From the IMG/VR virus record IMGVR_UViG_3300008448_012223: DNA of 64,000 nt; one strand, written 5' to 3'. Made by a program: the position numbers and the translations under genes. The stretch comes from a virus. The notes below the pieces were generated by a model. It was given only the letters and a program-made list of their open reading frames with translations, was not told the DNA's origin and did no database searches. Shown piece after piece: positions 1 through 6,679 of the stretch (position 1 is the first letter of the stretch; every line of letters begins with the position of its first letter).

Positions 1-1137
1 GGCGTCATGCTCGCTGTAGCCGAGCTTGGCCATCTTAGTGAGCCACTCCTCAGAGCGGCTTCCGAAAGTTGTTACTAATGGGACGAGGTACTCTGGAGGA
101 TTCTCCCGTAGTAGCAATAGCTTATTAGCTACTGCTACCTTCAGGGTGGGTATATACCCCTCCTCCCCAAATATAGTTTCTTCGTTCTCTTTAAAGGCTT
201 TGAGCAAAGGGCGCTCAATAGCCCAACTAAGTTCCCCGTACAATTTACGGAGGGCTAGGCGCTTGTGGCCATTAAGCCATAAGTACTGGGCTATGGCCGT
301 GCGCCCCGAGTGGCACACCTCATTAAAGCGCTGCCAGAAGGCAGCGATGCGTTCGGTACGGGAACGACGGCGCGCCCGATCCCACTGTCCCCCCTCCTCT
401 TTCCAGAGGACCCCAGCAAGGGCTCGGAGGTCTGGGCGGGACTTGTACATAGTTCCCAGCCGTACGGCTAAAGATTTGGGAATCTCTGTGTTATATTTCC
501 ATGTCCGCGCAGCTGGGATTAGATCCCATACGTTACCAATGCGGGTGGGAACAGACATATGAACCAGTACCCGCTTAACCCAAATGGGTAAGCGGTTATA
601 GTTTGGGGTAAGCGCTACCCTTAACACTTTACTGTGATCCGGTTGGTAACCGGAGTTCCATACCCGCCCAGGGGTGCGGACATCCTCCCATAGAGGGAGG
701 ATGCGCTTGACCTCCCACCAGTACTTAACACCTAGATCTACTAAGTGTTCAGCCAGCTGAGGAGTTCTTAGCTCCTCGAACCAAACCCCTTCTTTCTCAT
801 AAGAGAGTCCGATACCCTCGTTTAAACGAAGGTATCGGATAAGGCGCAGGCGCACCATGTGCGCCTCCTTTGCTTCCTCCAAGCTTACTTCTCGGGTGAT
901 GACCCGAGAGATAATCCAGCGCTGGGAGCTGGATAGACTATTCCACTCCTCCCACTCACTCCAGGGAGTATGTGGATTGAGTTCCAGCCACTGCCGGAAC
1001 TCAAGTAGAACGTTATAAAGAGAGAAATAGTAGGGAGCGGGGTCAGCTCCTAACTCAGCTTGTGCCTCCCACTCAAGGGAGTAGGCAAGCTGAAGGCGAG
1101 CCGCCTTGGTTTTGGCGGATTTGATAAACTTAGACAT
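1..1137 (-). CDS. Hypothetical early protein, at least 379 aa, runs off the left edge (MSKFIKSAKTKAARLQLAYSLEWEAQ...)
   Basis: Manual translation: ATG at 1137 preceded by GGAGG and no stop down to position 1. Absent from the ORF track because the stop lies outside the window. No family recognised. Confidence 0.85.
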   Translation of the reverse strand, partial: MSKFIKSAKTKAARLQLAYSLEWEAQAELGADPAPYYFSLYNVLLEFRQWLELNPHTPWSEWEEWNSLSSSQRWIISRVITREVSLEEAKEAHMVRLRLIRYLRLNEGIGLSYEKEGVWFEELRTPQLAEHLVDLGVKYWWEVKRILPLWEDVRTPGRVWNSGYQPDHSKVLRVALTPNYNRLPIWVKRVLVHMSVPTRIGNVWDLIPAARTWKYNTEIPKSLAVRLGTMYKSRPDLRALAGVLWKEEGGQWDRARRRSRTERIAAFWQRFNEVCHSGRTAIAQYLWLNGHKRLALRKLYGELSWAIERPLLKAFKENEETIFGEEGYIPTLKVAVANKLLLLRENPPEYLVPLVTTFGSRSEEWLTKMAKLGYSEHDA

Positions 1138-1144
1138 AGAATTG

Positions 1145-1198
1145 TCCTCCTGGGACTAAAATTCACCAGAAGAAAAAAGGACCTTATCAAGACCCCTT
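1145..1198 (-). promoter_or_regulatory. Intergenic element copy 1 (terminator-like hairpin, U-tract, SD-occluding hairpin)
   Basis: Minus strand: hairpin-TTTTTTCTTCTGG-T-GA-attttag-TC-CCAGGAGGA, then ATG 1137. Confidence 0.75.
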
Positions 1199-1203
1199 AA
1201 TTA

Positions 1204-1347
1204 TTATTTATTTACCTCCTCACAGAGTGAAGATTTCAGGTCTCCGTAACAGGCCTCTACGGCTATTCCGCCAACAATGGCGGAGCAGCTAAATGTTAAT
1301 ATTATGATAGAGACAATATAGACGATATCGTACTTACCTAATTTCAT
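1204..1347 (-). CDS. 47-aa membrane microprotein, paralog A (MKLGKYDIVYIVSIIILTFSCSAIVGGIAVEACYGDLKSSLCEEVNK)
   Basis: ATG 1347 after AGGAGGA; hydrophobic helix followed by CYG-x4-SLC. The track ORF 1204..1398 is over-extended. Confidence 0.85.
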   Translation of the reverse strand: MKLGKYDIVYIVSIIILTFSCSAIVGGIAVEACYGDLKSSLCEEVNK

Positions 1348-1350
1348 AAT

Positions 1351-1408
1351 TCCTCCTAGGATTAATAGATCACTAGAAGAAAAAAGGGGATAAAGCATAT
1401 CCCCTTTT
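1351..1408 (-). promoter_or_regulatory. Intergenic element copy 2
   Basis: Minus strand: AAAAGGGGA..TCCCCTTTTTTCTTCTAG-T-GAT-ctatta-ATC-CTAGGAGGA. Confidence 0.8.
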
Positions 1409-1415
1409 AATTAAA

Positions 1416-1931
1416 TTACTTTAACCAGCTTAAGTCTAGCTGGTAATAGAGAAGTTTATCACTCTTCTCTATTGTCTCGAAGAGACCATAGAGGCACTCC
1501 TCGAGATGATCTCGGTCCACCCGGCTAGTCAGACCGAGCCCCTCCCAGGTAGGCTGAGGGGGTTTAATCTCTACCAAGCAGGTCTTGGTGATGCCAACAG
1601 CCAAACGAAGACTGTCGGTACGGCATAACTGGCCCAGCTTCTTATCTACTGCCTCGGCGTCGGTAGTAAGCTGAAGAGCCCATAGCTCGCCAGTATACTG
1701 GCGGACTATTACGTCCACCTTGTATACCCGGTCTAGTACTCCCCAATCATCAGTGGGGACGAGACGACGAAGGACACCGCCTCGGGAGTTGAGCTCTAGA
1801 TGTTCACCCGCGAGATCACGCGCCTGGTTATACAGATAACCCGTATTCCATATCTCTCGGGGCTTCGGACACTCGAAGCCTAACTCTTCAACTAGGCGTA
1901 ACACTACTTTCTCCATCTGTAAACCATTCAT
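1416..1931 (-). CDS. 171-aa protein, possible PD-(D/E)xK nuclease fold
   Basis: E7 in the first helix, LDRVYKVD(73)VIV, ALQ(87)LT(89): restriction-endonuclease-like D...QxT pattern, judged by eye. Confidence 0.5.
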   Translation of the reverse strand: MNGLQMEKVVLRLVEELGFECPKPREIWNTGYLYNQARDLAGEHLELNSRGGVLRRLVPTDDWGVLDRVYKVDVIVRQYTGELWALQLTTDAEAVDKKLGQLCRTDSLRLAVGITKTCLVEIKPPQPTWEGLGLTSRVDRDHLEECLYGLFETIEKSDKLLYYQLDLSWLK

Positions 1932-1937
1932 GATGTA

Positions 1938-1991
1938 CTCCTAGGATTATAGATCACTAGAAGGAAAAAGGGGCCCCCGCCCAGGCCCCTT
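1938..1991 (-). promoter_or_regulatory. Intergenic element copy 3
   Basis: Minus strand: AAGGGGCC..GGCCCCTTTTTCCTTCTAG-T-GAT-ctata-ATC-CTAGGAG. Confidence 0.8.
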
Positions 1992-1996
1992 AACTA

Positions 1997-2131
1997 CTAC
2001 TCTTTGTCTACCTCACATAGTGAAGACGGTAGAGGTCCATAACAGGCCTCATGGTATACTCCACCAACGATAGCGCCGCATACGCCAAGGATGACGGCAA
2101 CAGCCGCTATGTAAGATAATGTGTATTTCAT
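1997..2131 (-). CDS. 44-aa membrane microprotein, paralog B (MKYTLSYIAAVAVILGVCGAIVGGVYHEACYGPLPSSLCEVDKE)
   Basis: Manual translation (below the ORF-track cutoff); AGGAGGG RBS; shares AIVGG..EACYG..SSLCE with paralog A. Confidence 0.85.
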   Translation of the reverse strand: MKYTLSYIAAVAVILGVCGAIVGGVYHEACYGPLPSSLCEVDKE

Positions 2132-2134
2132 AAT

Positions 2135-2188
2135 CCCTCCTAGGGTTATAAGATCACTAAAAGAAAAGGGGCCTTACCAAGGCCCCTT
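2135..2188 (-). promoter_or_regulatory. Intergenic element copy 4
   Basis: Minus strand: AAGGGGCC..GGCCCCTTTTCTTTTAG-T-GAT-cttata-ACC-CTAGGAGGG. Confidence 0.8.
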
Positions 2189-2200
2189 ATTTATTATTTA

Positions 2201-2344
2201 TTATTTATTCACCTCCTCACAGAGTGGAGACTTCGGGTCTCCGTAACAGGATTCCACGGCTACTCCACCAACAATGGCGGAGCAAGTAATTGTTAGGAAT
2301 AGCATACATACAATGTATGCTATATCATACTTATCTAGCTTCAT
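2201..2344 (-). CDS. 47-aa membrane microprotein, paralog C (MKLDKYDIAYIVCMLFLTITCSAIVGGVAVESCYGDPKSPLCEEVNK)
   Basis: Manual translation; near-duplicate of paralog A; AGGAGGA RBS. Confidence 0.85.
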   Translation of the reverse strand: MKLDKYDIAYIVCMLFLTITCSAIVGGVAVESCYGDPKSPLCEEVNK

Positions 2345-2347
2345 ATA

Positions 2348-2397
2348 TCCTCCTAGGAGTTAACTTCACTAGAAGAAAAAGGGGCGCAGTGCCCCTT
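2348..2397 (-). promoter_or_regulatory. Intergenic element copy 5
   Basis: Minus strand: AAGGGGC..GCCCCTTTTTCTTCTAG-T-GA-agttaac-TC-CTAGGAGGA. Confidence 0.8.
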
Positions 2398-2404
2398 CTA
2401 TCAA

Positions 2405-2725
2405 CTACTTAACAAGGATGTAGTTGATGTTGAACTGGAGTATATCCTCCTCCGTCCATCGTTCTCCTTCTGCCAGCCGCCGGGGGCTGACAAATAAACA
2501 TACAATATACTCGGCCCCCGAGGGCACCTGTACCCGATTCACGGGTATGTTTACTCCGAGACGGGCGGAGAGGAGCTCCGCCGTAGAGAGGTGTCCGAGA
2601 GCACTTGTCCACTCAGTAGTGGAGAGGAGAGCGCGGGTCTCTTCCTCTGAAATACAAGTACTAGTGATAGCCCCACCCGGCGTGGTAGGGTAAAGGGAGT
2701 TTGGGAAAGAATTAAGAACGTACAT
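2405..2725 (-). CDS. acrIII-1: AcrIII-1 / DUF1874 family viral ring nuclease (anti-type III CRISPR), 106 aa
   Basis: Family hallmarks in the correct order and spacing: YVLNSF, SALGH(45)LST, NR(64), RR(83)LAE(86)G, TEEDI. Compare SIRV1 gp29 YLANAF, SIGH(47)DST, NR, RLEEG, TLEEI (recalled sequence). Confidence 0.85.
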   Translation of the reverse strand: MYVLNSFPNSLYPTTPGGAITSTCISEEETRALLSTTEWTSALGHLSTAELLSARLGVNIPVNRVQVPSGAEYIVCLFVSPRRLAEGERWTEEDILQFNINYILVK

Positions 2726-2728
2726 AAT

Positions 2729-2781
2729 CTTCCTCTAAGGTTTAAAGTTCACTAGAAGAAAAAGGGAGCATTACACTCCCT
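2729..2781 (-). promoter_or_regulatory. Intergenic element copy 6 (more diverged)
   Basis: Minus strand: AGGGAG..CTCCCTTTTTCTTCTAG-TGAactttaaacc-TTAGAGGAAG. Confidence 0.7.
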
Positions 2782-2794
2782 AAATTACCCCAAG

Positions 2795-3139
2795 TTACTT
2801 GATATAACCTGGGTTCCAGTTAATTACTGGTTCGACGACGAACTCACCGCCGAATATTACCATCTTAGACCAGACTATGCGTCTGGTTGGTAATGCAACC
2901 TCATCGTAGTAGTTTGGGTCGTCTTCGACGTACCACCAGGGGCGGTGGGCTTCGACGTTCCCGTCGAAAGCAAGGATGAAGACTGACCCGTATCCTCCAC
3001 GGGCGAAGTCCTTGGCCACTGCCAAACTGCGGCTGGCATAAAGAACTTCGCTACAACGATCCCAATCTAAGTGATCGTTGGTATGACCACGATAGGCGTA
3101 GTCATACTCCCTGGGAAGATGTTTATATATACTCATCAT
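2795..3139 (-). CDS. 114-aa protein, possible ADP-ribosyltransferase fold (R-S-E clade)
   Basis: AYR(17)G, LYAS(36)RS(38)LAVAKDFA, YYD(79)E(80)V: the three ART strand motifs, judged by eye. Confidence 0.5.
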   Translation of the reverse strand: MMSIYKHLPREYDYAYRGHTNDHLDWDRCSEVLYASRSLAVAKDFARGGYGSVFILAFDGNVEAHRPWWYVEDDPNYYDEVALPTRRIVWSKMVIFGGEFVVEPVINWNPGYIK

Positions 3140-3144
3140 AGGTG

Positions 3145-3197
3145 TTCTCCTGTGGACTAGTGTTCACAGAAAGAAAAAAGGGGCATTGCTGCCCCTT
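3145..3197 (-). promoter_or_regulatory. Intergenic element copy 7
   Basis: Minus strand: AAGGGGCA..TGCCCCTTTTTTCTTTCTGTG-aacactagtc-CACAGGAGAA; compensatory stem change to CTGTG/CACAG. Confidence 0.8.
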
Positions 3198-3214
3198 AAT
3201 TATTATTTATCTAC

Positions 3215-3358
3215 CTATTTATCAGTCTTACACATTGACAGTGCGGGGTAGTCGTAGCAGACAACCCGGTAGAAGGCGCCAAGAATTAGACCATTCACGC
3301 CGAGCACGAGTGCAGCAGCCACAATTAAACCGAGTATATCGTCTTTGATAGATTTCAT
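3215..3358 (-). CDS. 47-aa membrane microprotein, distant paralog D (MKSIKDDILGLIVAAALVLGVNGLILGAFYRVVCYDYPALSMCKTDK)
   Basis: Manual translation; AGGAGGAG RBS; TM helix plus CY-x6-S-x-C-like C-terminal Cys pair. Confidence 0.8.
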   Translation of the reverse strand: MKSIKDDILGLIVAAALVLGVNGLILGAFYRVVCYDYPALSMCKTDK

Positions 3359-3363
3359 AATGT

Positions 3364-3420
3364 CTCCTCCTGGAGATTATAGATCACCAGAAGAAAAAGG
3401 GGCCCTGCCCAGACCCCTTT
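3364..3420 (-). promoter_or_regulatory. Intergenic element copy 8
   Basis: Minus strand: hairpin-TTTTTCTTCTGG-T-GAT-ctata-ATC-T-CCAGGAGGAG. Confidence 0.8.
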
Positions 3421-3422
3421 TC

Positions 3423-3560
3423 TTATCTCATGTTTATATACTCCTGACGCACAGTCGGTATATTCTGGCCGTCTCCACGTTCTGGTAGCTGGCTGGCCAA
3501 TACCGTCATGAAGATAATAGGAATTACTACGACGCTGATAATTAGAGCTAATGATTTCAT
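3423..3560 (-). CDS. 45-aa membrane microprotein (MKSLALIISVVVIPIIFMTVLASQLPERGDGQNIPTVRQEYINMR)
   Basis: Manual translation; AGGAGGG RBS; N-terminal hydrophobic helix; fits between element copies 8 and 9. Confidence 0.75.
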   Translation of the reverse strand: MKSLALIISVVVIPIIFMTVLASQLPERGDGQNIPTVRQEYINMR

Positions 3561-3563
3561 ATA

Positions 3564-3615
3564 CCCTCCTAGGGTTATAGACCACTAGAAGGAAAAAGGG
3601 GCCAATTGAAGGGCC
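3564..3615 (-). promoter_or_regulatory. Intergenic element copy 9 (first unit; terminator hairpin weak)
   Basis: Minus strand: CCCCTTTTTCCTTCTAG-T-GGT-ctata-ACC-CTAGGAGGG; compensatory GGT/ACC inner stem. Confidence 0.75.
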
Positions 3616-3641
3616 GGGTGGGGGAGGGGATATACCCTATA

Positions 3642-3745
3642 ATACGCCCAAATACCGCCAGCAAGTTTATGGAATCTAAGAGCTCTAGGTATTAATACGT
3701 ATACACCCAAATACCGCCAGCAAATATCGAGAATCTAGAAGCTCA
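3642..3745. repeat. Two-copy direct repeat with a 59-bp period at the early/late divergence point
   Basis: CCCAAATACCGCCAGCAA identical at 3647-3664 and 3706-3723, each followed by GAATCTA-N3-AGCTC. Confidence 0.85.
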
Positions 3746-3799
3746 ATAATGAGGCAGAGAGGTGTAGTAGTATGGACCAGTTATATAGGAGGTAATGGT

Positions 3800-4426
3800 A
3801 TGTTAGAGGACATCAAGGGAGCGGTTAGGGTAGAGAAGTTGAGTGAGATACAGGTAAGGGAATTACAGAGGAGGCTAGGGATACAGCAGACAGGAATAAT
3901 GGGGCCAATGACGAGGAAGGCCTGGGAGGACTGGAAGAGGAGTAAGGGTATGGGGGAACCGGGGTTAATAGGGCCGGGTTCTATAGGTCTATTACTAGAG
4001 GAGATAAACTGGACGGATATGACGAGTAAGGTGAGTAAGTACTTCACAGTGAGAGAAGTAACGAAGGGGGAGGCGGCGCGCATACCAACGAGTAAGGTCA
4101 TCCAAGACAATATAATGAGACTAGCTAAGGAGTTAGATAAGATAAGGGAAGAGTGGGGTAAGCCCATTATAGTAACGAGTTGGTATAGGCCCCTTGCGAT
4201 TAACAGGGCAGTAGGAGGAGTGGATAATAGTCAGCATATAGAGGGGCTAGCAGTAGACATAGCGCCCATAGACCCCGCCGAGCTAATCGAGTTCGAGAGA
4301 TGGTTAGACGAGCATTGGTATGGGCCGCTGGGGTGGGGGGCCCAGAGTGGGAGGGGCTTCACGCACCTAGGGTTAACGAGGGGGTGGAGAGCAGGAGGAA
4401 AGAAGGGGCCCCGCTGGAGATACTAA
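3800..4426 (+). CDS. Lysin: N-terminal PG-binding-like domain plus peptidase M15 (Peptidase_M15_3)
   Basis: SKYFTVRE, SWYRP..N.AVGG..NSQH..G.AVDI, GFTHLG. ATG 3800 has AGGAGG; the track ORF starts at 3749. Confidence 0.85.
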   Translation: MLEDIKGAVRVEKLSEIQVRELQRRLGIQQTGIMGPMTRKAWEDWKRSKGMGEPGLIGPGSIGLLLEEINWTDMTSKVSKYFTVREVTKGEAARIPTSKVIQDNIMRLAKELDKIREEWGKPIIVTSWYRPLAINRAVGGVDNSQHIEGLAVDIAPIDPAELIEFERWLDEHWYGPLGWGAQSGRGFTHLGLTRGWRAGGKKGPRWRY

Positions 4427-4483
4427 TGCCTACCCCTCCCCATACAAGACAAGGAGCATTAGCATACTAATACAAGTAGAAGT

Positions 4484-5239
4484 ATGCTAAGAAACATTGA
4501 TAGAGCAATGCGGCTGCAAGAGTTAAATAGTCAGCAGGTGCGGGAGCTACAACAGGAGCTAGGTGGTTTAGTAGTAGATGGGGTAATGGGGCCGAGGACA
4601 GAGGCTAGGTGGAAGGAGTGGAAGGAGGCAAATAATCAAGCGGAGCCCGACCTAATAGGGCCAGGCTCTGTGCGTCTATTATTATCAGATGATGAAGTAA
4701 TGACGAGAGGAGAATACGATCTAGCGTTAGCCCCCGCCTCTAAGAGAGATAGAGATCGATACTACAGGCCCCTAATGGCAGCGATGGAGGAGTGTAATAT
4801 AAAGGAGCCCGCGCGTATAGCGATGTTCCTAGCTCAGCTGATGCACGAGTCAGGGAACCTACGCTACGATGAGGAGATATGGGGGCCCACACCAATACAG
4901 AGGGGATACGAGGGCAGGAGAGACCTCGGTAATATAAAGGTAGGAGATGGGCGAAGATTCAGGGGTAGAGGTTTATTTCAGTTAACGGGCCGGGCCAATT
5001 ACCAAAACATGGGGAATATGCTAGGGCTACCGCTAGTAGATAGCCCAGAACTAGCAAAGGAGCCCGTCAACTCAGCACGCATAGCAGCGCACTACTGGAG
5101 AACACGGGGGCTAAATGAAATAGCAGACAAGAATGATATAGACGCATTCAGGCAGGTAACGCGACGTATCAATGGCGGGCTGATAGGGTTATCAGATAGA
5201 CTAGAACACTGGAAGAGAATACAGGCAGTGCTGACATGA
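4484..5239 (+). CDS. Lysin: PG-binding-like domain plus GH19 (chitinase-like lysozyme)
   Basis: MFLAQLMHESGNLRY, GDGRRFRGRGLFQLTGRANY, INGGLIGLSDR; N-terminus paralogous to that of the M15 lysin. Confidence 0.9.
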   Translation: MLRNIDRAMRLQELNSQQVRELQQELGGLVVDGVMGPRTEARWKEWKEANNQAEPDLIGPGSVRLLLSDDEVMTRGEYDLALAPASKRDRDRYYRPLMAAMEECNIKEPARIAMFLAQLMHESGNLRYDEEIWGPTPIQRGYEGRRDLGNIKVGDGRRFRGRGLFQLTGRANYQNMGNMLGLPLVDSPELAKEPVNSARIAAHYWRTRGLNEIADKNDIDAFRQVTRRINGGLIGLSDRLEHWKRIQAVLT

Positions 5240-5646
5240 TAACAGGGAGGTTCCGTATATATCCGAGTAGAGACAACTATATGCTAGAGGAGGATAGTCA
5301 CTACTATGAGGCCCGCATTCACGACACTGTGGGATCTCTACTATTATGGGGGCACCAGAAGAGAGGGGGTCATACAGTAGACTATAAGGCCATAGTAATA
5401 CCAGACTATAATGTAAATGAGGATGGCTATATACATAGTAGAGTGGGATGGGTGGGGTTATGTCTCCCTTACCTAGATGCCGGTATAATAGCGCATGAGG
5501 CTCTACACATAGCCACATCATATCTGAGACTGAAGGGTCTACTTAAACTAGGAGAGGATATAGATGATGATGAGGAGATACTAGCATATACGCTAGGTAC
5601 GGTAATGAGCCAGATAGGGACATACATACATAAGAGATACAGTTAA
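5236..5646 (+). CDS. Hypothetical protein with an HExxH zinc-binding motif
   Basis: IIAHEALHIA followed by EEILAY; ATGA overlap with the GH19 gene. Confidence 0.7.
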   Translation: MITGRFRIYPSRDNYMLEEDSHYYEARIHDTVGSLLLWGHQKRGGHTVDYKAIVIPDYNVNEDGYIHSRVGWVGLCLPYLDAGIIAHEALHIATSYLRLKGLLKLGEDIDDDEEILAYTLGTVMSQIGTYIHKRYS

Positions 5647-5706
5647 TGTTATTACGGGAAGCGCTTAGTTCACTTAGGAGTTAATTTATCATTTAGGAGT
5701 TAATTT

Positions 5707-6627
5707 ATGACGTTACCTATTGTCGGCTCGAGATACGGATACGCAACTTATGGTTGGCGTACATCTGCGGTTGGCGGAGTATATTTTAATATGCCTAATT
5801 TTCTTTTATTCCTGGATGCTATTGGCATCACATCGACACATCGATTTGTCAGAGCGGATGGGACGCTAATTAATCTTCGATTTCCAGAAGTTGATACTGA
5901 TTTAATCCAGTTGGGAGATGTAACTGAAAGTCTTAGCCAGGGGCGGCATAGGGTGTCAATGGAACGTGCTAATAATAATGTTGGAACTAACCCATTTTTC
6001 TGGTCGCTCTTAGGGCACACCTATGCCACAAAAACTCAACTTAACGACACAAGATCTACAACAATAAGCCCGTATAGCGCAGCCTCAGGATACTTCTACG
6101 CCTGTGCCGATGATAAGGGGATTGCTATGTTCGCGGCGACTAATACTGGATTAACTACATATAGTGGCCAGACATCTTTTCACTATTTTGGATACTGCGA
6201 GGATCCAGCATCCGTAGCTTATTTTGGCAATAATAACAGCTATCCACTGGACTATGTTGGATCTGGCGGTAGTAATTTTATAAGATACAAAGATATGGTG
6301 GTACCTGGAGGAGGAGGCGGCGCGCAACCCTCTCAACCTGTGGTAGTTATTGGATCTATTAATTGCGTCACTCCTACTCCTGGTGCCAATATTACCGATC
6401 TTATGTTTAGAGATAGCGGCACTACCGATTACGGCATTAATTATCCACTGGGAATAGCGAGGCCGTTCTTATTATTTAGTAACCAAAATCTAGAAGTGAA
6501 TAGTCTAGTAAGGGTTATGTCAACCCCACCGACACCAGAAGATCACTTTCATATAGTAGTTAGCGCTGTTTCTGGTGGCGGCAGCATATTAATGCCAATT
6601 ATTACTGAAAATTACTCTCTGCCATAG
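5707..6627 (+). CDS. Putative tail-fibre/receptor-associated protein, paralog of 47635 and 48579
   Basis: C-terminal NC-x3-TPGANITDL-x2-RD...PFLL...SILM segment aligns by eye with 47635 (SCQAATPGANTTELYLRD) and 48579. Confidence 0.55.
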   Translation: MTLPIVGSRYGYATYGWRTSAVGGVYFNMPNFLLFLDAIGITSTHRFVRADGTLINLRFPEVDTDLIQLGDVTESLSQGRHRVSMERANNNVGTNPFFWSLLGHTYATKTQLNDTRSTTISPYSAASGYFYACADDKGIAMFAATNTGLTTYSGQTSFHYFGYCEDPASVAYFGNNNSYPLDYVGSGGSNFIRYKDMVVPGGGGGAQPSQPVVVIGSINCVTPTPGANITDLMFRDSGTTDYGINYPLGIARPFLLFSNQNLEVNSLVRVMSTPPTPEDHFHIVVSAVSGGGSILMPIITENYSLP

Positions 6628-6679
6628 TAGATTGATTGAGGGCGCAACACTTAACCTTCTCAAAGTCAATCAATACTAA

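Noticed and set aside
26-562. Plus-strand 178-aa ORF
   Set aside because: Shadow of the minus-strand gene, which has an RBS and the array element
1-1137. Possible TnpB/IS607 element at the left edge
   Set aside because: Manual translation shows no RuvC motifs or zinc ribbon; it is an ordinary cassette of the early array
3355-3585. Track ORF of 76 aa
   Set aside because: Runs through the intergenic element; the 3423-3560 and 3215-3358 genes have proper RBSs and fit the cassette pattern
1145-3615. CRISPR array or integron attC interpretation of the nine repeats
   Set aside because: Repeats are degenerate, the intervening segments are whole genes of 135-516 bp, no cas genes or integrase are in the window, and attC RYYYAAC/GTTRRRY cores are absent
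1938-3615. TATAAT in the repeat loop as a sigma70 -10 box
   Set aside because: Present in only some copies, no -35, and too close to the SD; the loop varies while the stem covaries
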